NCBI GenBank assembly: GCA_965276765.1
Contig: OZ255627.1
Location: 2,007,007-2,071,006 of the forward strand
DNA: 64,000 bases
From: Acidimicrobiales bacterium
GTDB lineage: Bacteria > Actinomycetota > Acidimicrobiia > Acidimicrobiales > Palsa-688
Direction: 5' to 3'
The notes below the pieces were generated by a model. The model did no database searches, was not told the origin of the DNA, and worked only from the letters and a program-made list of their open reading frames with translations. Shown here in pieces: positions 39,997 to 51,479 of this stretch. Position numbers and translations under genes: made by a program. Position 1 is the stretch's first letter, and each line of letters begins with the position of its first letter.

Positions 39997-40560
39997 TCAC
40001 CGGGTGAGGCGGGGAAGCCAGGTATTGAGGACGGCGTTGGTGACGGCGCCGAAGTGGACGTAGGCAACCCGGCCGTCGGCATTGATGAAGACCGTTGTGG
40101 GCAGGTTGGAGAGGCCGTAGCGGACCGTCACGGCATTGTTCGGGTCGGCCCCGATGGCGTAGCCGACGTGGTCGGATCGCAGTAGCCGAAGGGCATTGGT
40201 CCTCGAGTCGTTGACGTCGATACCTACGAAGTCGACGGCGGATCGATGCCGGCGCCACGCATGGCTCAGCAACGGCAGCTCCTGCTTGCAGGGGTGGCAC
40301 CACGAGGCAAAGAAGTTGAGCACCACGGGTTTGCCTCGCCACCCCGACGACGTGACATGGGGCGAGCCCCGACGCAGCGCCGCCACATCGATCGCAGGCG
40401 GGCGAGAGCCAACCGTCAGGCTGGCGGTGGGCGGCGGGAGCGACTTGGACACCGACGCCGAGGACGAGGTGGAGACGGCCGCATAGGCGATACCCGCGCC
40501 GATGGCTACGGCCAGGAGAAAGCCGATCAGCGCCACGGCCGGTCGGTGTCGGTGGATCAC
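39997..40560 (-). CDS. TlpA/ResA-like thiol:disulfide oxidoreductase (thioredoxin fold)
   Basis: 'VVLNFFASWCHPCKQELP' is the WCxxC motif. N-terminal membrane anchor. GTG start. Confidence 0.8.
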   Translation of the reverse strand: MIHRHRPAVALIGFLLAVAIGAGIAYAAVSTSSSASVSKSLPPPTASLTVGSRPPAIDVAALRRGSPHVTSSGWRGKPVVLNFFASWCHPCKQELPLLSHAWRRHRSAVDFVGIDVNDSRTNALRLLRSDHVGYAIGADPNNAVTVRYGLSNLPTTVFINADGRVAYVHFGAVTNAVLNTWLPRLTR

Positions 40561-40570
40561 GGCGCCGATC

Positions 40571-41128
40571 CTAAGACGAAGGAGCGGGGCCGATGCCCGC
40601 GACCCTGACAACCGTCCACGCCCCGGTGCGGGACCGAGGCGAAGCCGTTGGGGAGCGCGTGTAGAGAGGCTCGCCCTGATAGGCCACCTGCTCGGCACCG
40701 TCGGGCCTCCTGATGATGCCCAGACGAGATGCGAGGGCCGCACTGGCGACGGGGGTGAGATCACCGGCGGGCAGGAGGACCGGCCGCCAGGATCTCGTGC
40801 AGGCTCCGACGCAGGTCACGGTGCCAAGCCCCCCGGCCGACTCTGAGGCCAGGTGGTAGAGGGGCTTTCCGCTCGGGGTCACGAGGATCACGCCGTACCC
40901 GGCCGTCTTCTCGAGCTCTACGACCGGGGTATGGCCGGCCGGGGTCGGCTTGGCGGTACTCGTGGATGCGCCGGAGGTGGCGGGAGCCGACGGCCGGGTC
41001 GTGGGCGGCGAGGACGATCCCCCGTGCCCACCGCAAGCGGTCGTGGTCAGGGCGAGCCCGGCAAGCAACCCCACGGTCAGCGCGACCGCTCGTCGCTGAG
41101 TCGACGGCAAAAGGTTCTTGACGCGCAT
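40571..41128 (-). CDS. Lipoprotein with Yx(FWY)xxD-type repeats (COG4315-like)
   Basis: Lipobox 'LTTTACGG'. Two 'G(K/E)PLY' repeat motifs. Confidence 0.65.
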   Translation of the reverse strand: MRVKNLLPSTQRRAVALTVGLLAGLALTTTACGGHGGSSSPPTTRPSAPATSGASTSTAKPTPAGHTPVVELEKTAGYGVILVTPSGKPLYHLASESAGGLGTVTCVGACTRSWRPVLLPAGDLTPVASAALASRLGIIRRPDGAEQVAYQGEPLYTRSPTASPRSRTGAWTVVRVAGIGPAPSS

Positions 41129-41175
41129 TCGCCCCGGACTCTACAGTCCGTTCAGTTGAGCTGAAACGGCACTGG

Positions 41176-41940
41176 ATGCCGCAGCCCGGGAGTCGACATG
41201 AGGGGGCAGATGTGACGGATGAGGCGGTCGAGCGAAAGGAGTTGGCCCTTCGTATCCGTATCGCCCTGCTCGTCCTCGGCGTCGGCGTCGCTATCGCTCT
41301 CGTCGTCGCCGGGGTCGCCAGCTTCCTGCGCACCAGCCCGGCGACGGTCGTGGCCACGACGAAACAGACGAGTGCCGGTACCCAGGCCTACCTGACCTTG
41401 CAGACGGTCGGCTCCGTCGGGTTCGGGGCCCGGCCCACGTGGGTGAGCTACCTCGCCAGGGACACAGCGGGCAAGTGGGTGCACACCACCAAGTTCCAGC
41501 TCCCCGCCAACGCCACGATCCATGTCACCGTCCAGGAGTACGACGGGCAGGGGAGTCTGCGCAACGGCAAGTGGACCACCGTGGAGGGCACGCAGGGCGG
41601 GGCCGAGTACGTCACCGGCAAGGTGGGCACGGGCAAATTCGCCACGAGCGCCGCCGTGTCGCAGCTCAACATCGGTGACGCGGGCCACACATTCACTGTG
41701 CCTGCGCTCGGGATCAACGTGCCGCTCGCCGGCGTGTCCAACTCCCTTCCTCTTTGCGCCGTGGCCCCCTGCACCCTGAAGTCGCCGCACAACATCGTCA
41801 AGTTCAGCTTCAAGACCCACGGTCCCAACGTGTACCGCTGGCAGTGCTTCATCCCCTGCGGCCTCAACTACCTCGACGGCAATGGTGGTCCGATGCAGAC
41901 GATCGGCTACATGATGGGCTTCTTGCAAGTGGTTCGATGA
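41176..41940 (+). CDS. Membrane-anchored cupredoxin-like protein, translationally coupled to ctaC
   Basis: N-terminal TM helix. 'ATIHVTVQEYDGQG...GHTFTVPALGINVPL' is a cupredoxin-like beta pattern. C-terminal 'CFIPCG...M'. ATGA overlap with the ctaC start. Confidence 0.5.
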   Translation: MPQPGSRHEGADVTDEAVERKELALRIRIALLVLGVGVAIALVVAGVASFLRTSPATVVATTKQTSAGTQAYLTLQTVGSVGFGARPTWVSYLARDTAGKWVHTTKFQLPANATIHVTVQEYDGQGSLRNGKWTTVEGTQGGAEYVTGKVGTGKFATSAAVSQLNIGDAGHTFTVPALGINVPLAGVSNSLPLCAVAPCTLKSPHNIVKFSFKTHGPNVYRWQCFIPCGLNYLDGNGGPMQTIGYMMGFLQVVR

Positions 41941-42905
41941 CCGACACCGATGGCATGAGCAACATCGAAGGAAACGGCAGCGGCGGGGCACGCGAGCCGC
42001 GGCATATGGTCCGCATCTGCGCCATCTGGGTCGTCCTCGCCGCGATCCTCACGCCGATCGTCTACTTCGTGCTCGGGCCCATGATGGCGCCGGGCACGAT
42101 GACGACGTCGGCGGCGTCGCAGCAGTTCGACATGAAGGTCCTCCTGACCATTGCCGCTCCGATCATGCTGATCGTGTACGTGTGGTTCGGCTACAACCTC
42201 ATCTGCTTCCGTCACAACACCGACGACGGCGCCGAGGGCGTCTGGTACAAGAAGGACGACACCCGCATCCAGGTCCTCTGGGTGTGCGGCACGGCCGCCG
42301 TCGTGCTGTTCCTCTTTGTCTTCGGTACCTACGAGCTGGTCGTTCCCAACGGTGCCGGCGGCGGCGAGGGCCCGACGGCCATCTGGGGTCCGAGCCACGT
42401 CAAAGAGGCGGCGGTGTGGAAGCCGGAGGCGAAGCCGGCCATGCTGCAGGTGCAGGTCATCGGCCAGCAGTGGCAGTGGACCTACCGTTACCCGCAGTTC
42501 GGCGGCATGGAGACCACCTTCCTCGAGCTGCCGGCCGACACCGAGATCCAGTTCAACGTCACGTCGCTCGACGTGATCCACAGCTTCTGGGCCTACCGCC
42601 TCGGGGTCAAGGCCGACGCCAACCCCGGTGTCAACGACATCGCCTTCACCAAGGCCACGGCGACCGGCGAGTTCGAAGTCCGCTGCGACGAGCTGTGCGG
42701 CATCTGGCACGGAGCCATGGTCGGCCTGGGCAAGGTGGCGTCGCAGAACATGTTCTACGGCTGGGCCAACAACCAGGAGAAGGTGCTCGCCGCCAACACC
42801 AAGCAACTGCCGAAGTACAGCCTGAGCTACACGCCCTCCTACACGGGCGCCGGGGGCGGGTACTACGCCGGGTTGACGAGTCCGAGTCGCAAGTCGGGGA
42901 GCTGA
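41937..42905 (+). CDS. ctaC: Cytochrome c oxidase subunit II
   Basis: CuA site 'HSFWAY...CDELCGIWHGAM' and two N-terminal TM helices. Confidence 0.9.
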   Translation: MTDTDGMSNIEGNGSGGAREPRHMVRICAIWVVLAAILTPIVYFVLGPMMAPGTMTTSAASQQFDMKVLLTIAAPIMLIVYVWFGYNLICFRHNTDDGAEGVWYKKDDTRIQVLWVCGTAAVVLFLFVFGTYELVVPNGAGGGEGPTAIWGPSHVKEAAVWKPEAKPAMLQVQVIGQQWQWTYRYPQFGGMETTFLELPADTEIQFNVTSLDVIHSFWAYRLGVKADANPGVNDIAFTKATATGEFEVRCDELCGIWHGAMVGLGKVASQNMFYGWANNQEKVLAANTKQLPKYSLSYTPSYTGAGGGYYAGLTSPSRKSGS

Positions 42906-42912
42906 TCGTGCC

Positions 42913-44886
42913 ATGACGACCATCGAGAGCGACACGACCCCGGCGCCACCCGAGCGCGCACCATTCTCCGAACCTCCTAACCCGACGCCGCGCCGGCGGG
43001 GCCGTCCCTCCTGGGCCAGGCCCAACTTCGGCACGGGGCTCGTCGGTGGCGTCCTTGGGTACCTGATCGGGCACTGGCTCGGCAACGTCATCGCCGGCGG
43101 CTATCCCCGTGTCGTGAACCAGAGCATGAACGACATCGCCCTGACCCTCGGCTACCTCTTCGCCACATTGGGCTTCCTCGCCGGTCTCGGCATCTTCGGC
43201 TACCCCCTCGCCAAGATGATCGGACGGGAGCCGGAGCTCAAGAAGCCGACGGGCGGCCTGGCCCGCTACTTCGCCTTCACCCCCGACCACAAGGTCGTCG
43301 GCATCCAATATCTGGTCGGGATGCTCATCTACTTCTTCACTGGCGGCCTCTTCGCGCTCGCGATCCGCACCGAGCTGCTCTCACCCACCCACCACATCTT
43401 CAATCCCGACACCTACCTCTCGGTGGTCGGCATCCACGGCACGATGATGATGATGATGATGACCTCGGTCATCGTCGGGCCCTTCGGCAACTACCTGGTA
43501 CCCCTGATGCTCGGCGCCAAGCGGATGGCCTTCCCGCGTCTCGAGGCCGTCTCGTTTTGGTTGACCCCGCCCGCCTACGTCATCCTCCTGTCGGCCATGC
43601 TCCTTGGCGGGTTCCCCACGGGATGGACGGGGTACGCACCGCTCGCCAACCAGGCCGTCGAGGGGATGGACGGGTACCTCGTGGCCTTTGGGCTCATGGG
43701 CCTCTCGCTCATCGTGGCGTCGATCAACATGATCGCCACGATCATCAACTTCCGGGCTCCGGGGCTGCGCTGGAGCCGGCTGCCCATGTTCGTGTGGGGC
43801 ACGCTCACCACATCGGTGCTCACCGCCCTCGCTCCCCCCGTCCTCATCGCCGGCCTTTACCTGATGTCGATGGACCGCACCGTCGGGACCGGGCTCTTTG
43901 TCCAGGGCCGGGGCGGCAGCCCCTACCTCTGGCAGAACGTGTTCTGGTTCTTCGGACACCCCGAGGTGTACATCCTCGCTCTTCCCGGGTTTGGGTTAGC
44001 GGCCGAGCTCCTCCCCGTTTTCACGAGGCGACGACTGTTCGGTTACAACGTCTCGGCGGCCGGGATGATCGGCGTGTGCTTCCTGTCCTTCTTCGTCTGG
44101 CAGCACCACCTCTTCATGAGCGGCATCAACGGCGACATGCGCCCGTTGTTCATGCTCACCACCGAGCTGATCTCGATACCTACCGGGTTCATCTACCTGG
44201 TGGCTATGGGGTCCCTGTGGCGCGGCAAGATACGTATGACCGTGCCGATGCTGTTCGTCGTCGCCTTCTACCTCAACTTCCTCATCGGGGGCGTGTCGGG
44301 GGTGCTCCTCTCCGATGTCCCATCTGACGTCACCCTCCACGGGAGCTACTTCGTCCAGGCCCACTTCCACTACACGATCATGGGTGGCCTCATCTTCGCC
44401 TTCTTCGGTGCGATCTATTACTACGTGCCGAAGATGACCGGGTACCAGATGAACAAGCGCCTCGGGCTCATCCACTTCTGGATCATGTTCATCGCCTTCC
44501 AGTTCACGTTCATCCCGCTGTTCATCGTCGGTTGGTTCGGCATGCCCCGTCGGTACTTCGAGTACTCACCCCAGTGGCAGACGCTCAACGACGTCGCTTC
44601 GATCTCCGCATACGTCCTCGGCTTTTCGATGATCGTCTTCGTCGTCAACTTCCTCCACTCGACGGTCATCGTCAGGCGAAGGGCCGAGGCCAACCCGTGG
44701 AGGTCGCGTGGCCTCGAGTGGCAGGTGTCCAACCCGCCGTCCCTCGACAACTTCGAGCGGATCCCGCTGATCCTCTCCCACCCCTACGAGTACGGCAATC
44801 CCGACGAGCTGCCCGTGGCCGACCTGGCCGGGGTGCCTTCGCCTGAGCAACTGGCCGTCGGGCTGCCTGCGCCGGTGGAGCGATGA
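42913..44886 (+). CDS. ctaD: Cytochrome c oxidase subunit I
   Basis: 'WFFGHPEVYIL' and 'HFHYTIMGG' are heme-copper oxidase motifs; 12+ TM helices. Contains an (ATG)6 run at 43441-43458. Confidence 0.9.
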   Translation: MTTIESDTTPAPPERAPFSEPPNPTPRRRGRPSWARPNFGTGLVGGVLGYLIGHWLGNVIAGGYPRVVNQSMNDIALTLGYLFATLGFLAGLGIFGYPLAKMIGREPELKKPTGGLARYFAFTPDHKVVGIQYLVGMLIYFFTGGLFALAIRTELLSPTHHIFNPDTYLSVVGIHGTMMMMMMTSVIVGPFGNYLVPLMLGAKRMAFPRLEAVSFWLTPPAYVILLSAMLLGGFPTGWTGYAPLANQAVEGMDGYLVAFGLMGLSLIVASINMIATIINFRAPGLRWSRLPMFVWGTLTTSVLTALAPPVLIAGLYLMSMDRTVGTGLFVQGRGGSPYLWQNVFWFFGHPEVYILALPGFGLAAELLPVFTRRRLFGYNVSAAGMIGVCFLSFFVWQHHLFMSGINGDMRPLFMLTTELISIPTGFIYLVAMGSLWRGKIRMTVPMLFVVAFYLNFLIGGVSGVLLSDVPSDVTLHGSYFVQAHFHYTIMGGLIFAFFGAIYYYVPKMTGYQMNKRLGLIHFWIMFIAFQFTFIPLFIVGWFGMPRRYFEYSPQWQTLNDVASISAYVLGFSMIVFVVNFLHSTVIVRRRAEANPWRSRGLEWQVSNPPSLDNFERIPLILSHPYEYGNPDELPVADLAGVPSPEQLAVGLPAPVER

Positions 44887-45536
44887 CGGAGATGGACACA
44901 GGGCCGGCGCCGGCCATGAAGCCCTTCGACGATGACGAGTACGAGGAGCAGTGCCAGGTCGCCAGCTTCTGGAGCGCCTCGCGCCTCCTGCTGGTGGGAA
45001 GCATCTTCCTCTACGGCACCTTCATCTTCGCCTACTTCTACCTGCGGGCCCTCAACAACCACAACAACTGGCGGATCGGTGATCAGCACCCGTCGACGAT
45101 CATCGGCACCATCGTTGCCGTCCTCGTCCTCGGCGCCGCTCTCATCCACTACGTCGGGGCCCGCCGCCTGCAGATCGGGGCGAGGGTGGACTGGATGGTC
45201 GGGGCGATGGTCGCGCTCGTGATGATCGTCATCGCCGGTGGGCTCCAGATCTGGGACCTGACCCGCCTGCCCTTCCAGCCGGCGTCCTCGGCGTACGCCG
45301 GGCTGTTCATCGCGTGGATGCCTATCTACGTCATCTATATCTTCGGCCAGTTCTACTGGCTCGAAACCCTCCTGGCCCAGGCGGTCACCCGGCCGTCGAG
45401 TGTCCTGCAGGAGACGCCGGAAGGCGTGGTCGTCGTGTCCCGCTTCGGGGCCAACGTCGAAGGCTACGTGCTCTTCTCGCAGTTCATGGGGCTCGGCGCC
45501 ATCGTCATCTGGGTGCTCTTCTACCTCATCCACTGA
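44883..45536 (+). CDS. ctaE: Cytochrome c oxidase subunit III-like (short 5-TM form)
   Basis: ATGA overlap with ctaD. The 'FWSASRLLLVGSIFLYGTFIFAYFYLR' helix resembles COX3. Confidence 0.65.
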   Translation: MTEMDTGPAPAMKPFDDDEYEEQCQVASFWSASRLLLVGSIFLYGTFIFAYFYLRALNNHNNWRIGDQHPSTIIGTIVAVLVLGAALIHYVGARRLQIGARVDWMVGAMVALVMIVIAGGLQIWDLTRLPFQPASSAYAGLFIAWMPIYVIYIFGQFYWLETLLAQAVTRPSSVLQETPEGVVVVSRFGANVEGYVLFSQFMGLGAIVIWVLFYLIH

Positions 45537-45613
45537 GCGTGTTCGCGGTCCGCACGGCGTAGGCGGTCCGCACGGGTAGAGTGAAATCCGAGATCGAGGG
45601 GTAGGAGACAGAG

Positions 45614-45901
45614 ATGGTTGATGTGAGTGTCATTGGAGCCGTCGGCAACTTCTCTCAGGCCGCTATCCTCACCTTCGCCATCCCCATCGCGACCCTCGCC
45701 CTTTCCATCGGGTTGGGCTTCTATCACCGCAAGCCGCTGCCCGATACCCGCCGGGTTCCACTGTTCCCGCTTTCGGGTATCCCGCAGCGCACCTACGACC
45801 TGTCCCTGCTCGCGGCGCTGAGCGAGCGTGATCGGGCGGAACTGGTGACGGCGCACGAGGAAGCCGAGCCCGGTGCCTCTCGGCCTGTCGGCGGAGCCTG
45901 A
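45614..45901 (+). CDS. Small 2-TM hypothetical membrane protein (possible oxidase accessory subunit)
   Basis: RBS 'aggaga' upstream. Two hydrophobic helices. Confidence 0.4.
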   Translation: MVDVSVIGAVGNFSQAAILTFAIPIATLALSIGLGFYHRKPLPDTRRVPLFPLSGIPQRTYDLSLLAALSERDRAELVTAHEEAEPGASRPVGGA

Positions 45902-45966
45902 CCGAAGCTCCGAGCGCCCTCACGGGCGCCGCCGGTCCCCTTGCAGGGCGAGGCGGCTGGTCCCTT

Positions 45967-46596
45967 TCAGGGCGAGGGAAGTCCAAACGACGAGACGTGG
46001 GTGCCGACGATGCCGGCCGCCTGGGCAAAGATCTTGTCGGCCGACGCTGCGTCGCCCTTCATGATCCCCGACGTCTTGGCCAGGGCGGCGCTCGTCGTCC
46101 GGTCGCCGGGATGTTGCGCCAGGGTCTCGATGTCGAGGAGGGCCTTGGCCGCGTTGGGATAGGCCCAGGCGCTCAGTTGGTAGACGGCGAGGGAGAGACG
46201 GCCGACCTTGCCGAGGGCCCCGGGGACCTGCAGCGTGGAGAGGGCGTACACACCGCCGTCGTCGCTCACGGGCGTGCAGTTGGCCTCGGCCGCCTTGGCG
46301 GTCGAGGCCACGTTGGCCCTGGCGCCGCCGGTCGGGTGCGCGCCGAGAGCGTGCCAGGCACGCGTCGAGTAGTCCAGCCCCTGGGTGCAGGTGGCCAGGT
46401 CACCCTTGATCGTCTGGTGGAAGGACCGGAGCTGACCGCCTCGCTGTGAGGTCGTGTAGTGGTCGTAGCGGTCGCTGAAGAAGGCTAGGGCGATGATCAC
46501 GGCAACGATGGGGAGCTGGTAGCGCCTGAGCCGATACCACGGCCTCGGGCCCGAGGGTCGCGGCTGGTTCGGCGCCGTCAGAAACCGACCGGTCAA
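45967..46596 (-). CDS. Hypothetical membrane-anchored protein downstream of ccdA
   Basis: Protein-like C-terminal 209 aa of a longer ORF. TTG start preceded by 'aggag', overlapping the ccdA stop. One N-terminal TM helix. Confidence 0.45.
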   Translation of the reverse strand: MTGRFLTAPNQPRPSGPRPWYRLRRYQLPIVAVIIALAFFSDRYDHYTTSQRGGQLRSFHQTIKGDLATCTQGLDYSTRAWHALGAHPTGGARANVASTAKAAEANCTPVSDDGGVYALSTLQVPGALGKVGRLSLAVYQLSAWAYPNAAKALLDIETLAQHPGDRTTSAALAKTSGIMKGDAASADKIFAQAAGIVGTHVSSFGLPSP

Positions 46597-47453
46597 GGGC
46601 GTAGCTCCTGGCCTTCGTGGTCCTGGTGTCTGACCCACCGGGCCGTCACCGTGCCCGCCGCGGCGACCACGAGAACGCCGACCATGATGGCAAGGACGGC
46701 TCGATGGGACGAGAGCAGACCGGTGAGCGAGCCCTGGAAGCCCTCCACGGCCGAGATCGGCCCCGGCGCCGCTCCTCCTCCGATGTCGACGATCCAGTAG
46801 TAGACGAGATAGACGCCGACGACGATGAGCACGGCGGACGCGAAGCGGTCGATGTGGTGTCCGGCCCGGCGGAGTAGTCCGACGATCGAGGTCCTGGCGA
46901 GGGCCACGGCCACGCTCACGACGGCGAGCACGGCGCTCATGCCGGCGGCGTAGGCGATGAAGGTGGCAGCGCCCGTGGCCCAACCGACCCGAGTGAAGGT
47001 TCCGGCGACACCCCCGAGGAAGATGGGAAGGGAGCAGGTGAGCGAGGCCACGGCGTAGGAGACACCGAAGCCGATCATGGACCAGCCGCTCCCGTCGGTC
47101 CTCCGGCTGCGAACGGAGGGAAGACGGAACGGGACGTGGCCGCGGACGACGCCAACGCATCCGATCACCACGAAAACCGCCCCCATGACCACCATGACCC
47201 ATGGCACCCAGTTCATGAACAGGGTCAGCCCGGCGTCGAAGACGGCGGCGAGCATGGCGAAGACGATCCCGAAGCCGATGGAGACGGCCGCAGCCGACCG
47301 CAGCGCCCTGACCAGGCGCAGACTGACTCCGGCCTCGTTGGCGTCGGCGCCGACGAAGACTGAGAGGTAGGCGGGAAGCATCGGGAACCCGCACGGGTTC
47401 ACCGAAGCGGCGATCCCCAGCACGAAGGCGTACGACACCCAGGTGATCACGAC
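46593..47453 (-). CDS. ccdA: Cytochrome c-type biogenesis protein CcdA (DsbD transmembrane-domain family)
   Basis: 'ASVNPCGFPMLPAYLS' and a second Cys helix 'SLTCSLPIF'. Six TM helices. GTG start; the upstream Arg-rich ORF part is rejected. Confidence 0.75.
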   Translation of the reverse strand, partial: VVITWVSYAFVLGIAASVNPCGFPMLPAYLSVFVGADANEAGVSLRLVRALRSAAAVSIGFGIVFAMLAAVFDAGLTLFMNWVPWVMVVMGAVFVVIGCVGVVRGHVPFRLPSVRSRRTDGSGWSMIGFGVSYAVASLTCSLPIFLGGVAGTFTRVGWATGAATFIAYAAGMSAVLAVVSVAVALARTSIVGLLRRAGHHIDRFASAVLIVVGVYLVYYWIVDIGGGAAPGPISAVEGFQGSLTGLLSSHRAVLAIMVGVLVVAAAGTVTARWVRHQDHEGQELRP

Positions 47454-47545
47454 GTGATCCCTGTGCGGTCTCGAACGCCGGCCATGAGGCAACCTACCAA
47501 GACACCAGAGAGGATTCGAAAGCAGGCTGGGCCCTTCCGCAGCGA

Positions 47546-48193
47546 TTGACCGCCGCCGGATCGCTAGAGTTTGGGGAGGACACGCCCGAGGACACGCCTC
47601 GTGGGACCGAGCCGCCGGGAGGGGATGAGGTGCAGGTCGACATCGAACCCGGCTCTGCCTCCGACGGGCGCCACAATGCTCAAGGATTCGACGGTGAGCC
47701 GGTCGCCGAAGAGGTCCCGCAGAGGGACCCCAGGCTCCACGTCGAGTGGTTCTCGCGACACGGGTTCTTCTTGCACGCCGTCGTGCTCTTCGTGGTCTCG
47801 GGGTGTGTGATCGCGGCGTGGTGGCAAACGTCGCGTGCCCTCGGGGGTAACTCGCTGAGCTGGGCGTACGCCTTCGAGTGGCCGTGCTTCGCCGTCTACG
47901 CCGTGGTCCTGTGGTGGAAGCTCCTCCACGACGAGCCCACCGAGGCGGACGACGAGGCCTACGACCTCGACGAGCCGTACGCCCTGGAGGAGCCCGACGG
48001 CTTCGAGGAGCTGTACGCCAGCGGGCCTGCCCTCGAGGAGCGGTATGCCGGCGAGGAGCAGGATGCCCTCGAGGAGTCCTACGGGCGCGACGAGCCATCC
48101 TGGCTCGGTGAGCGGGCCGGGTCGGCCGACCTGGCCAAGGCGAGGAGCGTAGAAGTCGAGCGAGCCGCCCGCCAGGGTGGCTGGCACCCGTAG
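47546..48193 (+). CDS. Hypothetical 2-TM protein with acidic E/D/Y-rich C-terminal repeats
   Basis: No in-frame ATG, so a TTG or GTG start would be required. Repeats 'EEPDGFEELYASGPALEERYAGEEQDALEESYGRDEP'. Confidence 0.35.
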   Translation: MTAAGSLEFGEDTPEDTPRGTEPPGGDEVQVDIEPGSASDGRHNAQGFDGEPVAEEVPQRDPRLHVEWFSRHGFFLHAVVLFVVSGCVIAAWWQTSRALGGNSLSWAYAFEWPCFAVYAVVLWWKLLHDEPTEADDEAYDLDEPYALEEPDGFEELYASGPALEERYAGEEQDALEESYGRDEPSWLGERAGSADLAKARSVEVERAARQGGWHP

Positions 48194-48268
48194 GGGCTGC
48201 TCCACCCGCAGGGGCTGCCTCCCGCCGAGCTGCCTCCCGCCGAGCCCTTCCTTTCCCTTCCCTTCGGC

Positions 48269-50294
<2,026 letters not shown>

Positions 50295-50302
50295 GGCGCC
50301 TT

Positions 50303-50989
50303 CTACGCCGGCCGGGAGTCCCCGGGTACGCCGTAGCCCGGGGCGCCGGCCGGATCGAGGCCGCGCTGGCGGTACGCCGCCTCCTCGGGCGCCCACCGCT
50401 TCCAGAGGTCGGCCAGGGCGTCGATCGGATCCGCTTCGCTCCAGTCGATGCGTAGGTCGGTGACGGGCCAGGCCACGTCGTCGACGACGAGGAGCCCGGC
50501 CGAGTGGACGGGACCCTCTTCCCCTCCGGCGTGGCCTGCGGCCCGGAGGGCCGCCATCAGCCGGTCGGCCAACCCGACGGTGGCGTCGGTCCCAAATCCG
50601 GCGACGGCGGCGCCGAGGACGTCGGTCGAGGCCAGCATGTTCCCTGCGGCCACGACGTCGGCGCCGGCCGCGTCGCCGAAGCGCCCCAGGGCATTGGCCC
50701 CGCTGTGCGCCGCGGGAGGGCCGGACACGCCGACGGCGGTGAGCTGGCGCCAGGCGATGTCGGCCTCGGCTCCGACGAGCCCGGCGACGGCGGCCGCAGC
50801 ACTCGCCCCGCCGGCCATGGCGTCGAGCAGGCGGGGACCGAGGCGCGGGTCGGTGACGTTTTGCGAGCAGGCCGCGCCCACGCCGGCGCGTACGTGGGCG
50901 CAACGCGATGCCACGGCCGGACTCGACGATGCGATGGCGACCCCGAACCGGCCCGTCTGCGAGCAGCGGCCCGCGACAGAGAACGTCAT
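50303..50989 (-). CDS. DUF1028 family protein (Ntn-hydrolase-like)
   Basis: 'MTFSVAGRC' is the typical DUF1028 N-terminus, and Thr2 is the candidate Ntn nucleophile. Confidence 0.65.
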   Translation of the reverse strand: MTFSVAGRCSQTGRFGVAIASSSPAVASRCAHVRAGVGAACSQNVTDPRLGPRLLDAMAGGASAAAAVAGLVGAEADIAWRQLTAVGVSGPPAAHSGANALGRFGDAAGADVVAAGNMLASTDVLGAAVAGFGTDATVGLADRLMAALRAAGHAGGEEGPVHSAGLLVVDDVAWPVTDLRIDWSEADPIDALADLWKRWAPEEAAYRQRGLDPAGAPGYGVPGDSRPA

Positions 50990-50996
50990 GGCGGCG

Positions 50997-51476
50997 TCAC
51001 GACGTCTCGGCGTGCCGGGCGGCTGCGGCCACGCGACGCTCCTTGGCGGCCTCGACCCGCGCCGAGGGGATCACGGCCGTGACGTCGATCTCGACCCACC
51101 ACTCGGGGCGAGCCAGGGCGGTAACGACCAGGCCTGTCGACACGTAATGAATACCTTTCATCCACCGGCCCATACTGCCGTAGACGTCTTCCCGGAACCG
51201 GATATCCGTCAGGTACACGGTGACCTTGGTGATCTCATCGAGCGACGACCCGCACTCGTCGAGCAACAGGGCCACGTTGGCCATGGCCCGCTCCGCCTGG
51301 GCGGCGACGTCCCCGACGCCGACGCTTGCGCCCGTCTCGAGATCCTGGCCGACCTGACCGCGTACGAACACCGTCTGGCCCGGCTCGGCCACGACCGCCT
51401 GGGCCAGATCGTTGGACAGGCGTTGCTCCGGATAGGTGTCGGAGGTGTTGAACTTCCTGATCCGCTCGTGGGTCAA
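50997..51476 (-). CDS. RidA/YjgF-family reactive-intermediate (enamine/imine) deaminase
   Basis: ~159 aa. 'TVYLTDI' and a C-terminal 'VEIDVTAV' follow the RidA chorismate-mutase-like fold pattern. Confidence 0.8.
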   Translation of the reverse strand: MTHERIRKFNTSDTYPEQRLSNDLAQAVVAEPGQTVFVRGQVGQDLETGASVGVGDVAAQAERAMANVALLLDECGSSLDEITKVTVYLTDIRFREDVYGSMGRWMKGIHYVSTGLVVTALARPEWWVEIDVTAVIPSARVEAAKERRVAAAARHAETS

Positions 51477-51479
51477 GGT

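Noticed and set aside
45545-45575. 13-bp direct repeat gcggtccgcacgg x2 between ctaE and the small downstream ORF
   Set aside because: Short GC-rich direct repeat with no hairpin potential. It is probably chance or a minor regulatory site; no evidence of function.
45967-47394. 475-aa minus-strand ORF
   Set aside because: Only the C-terminal 209 aa (45967-46596) are protein-like; the rest is an Arg-rich alternative frame of ccdA.
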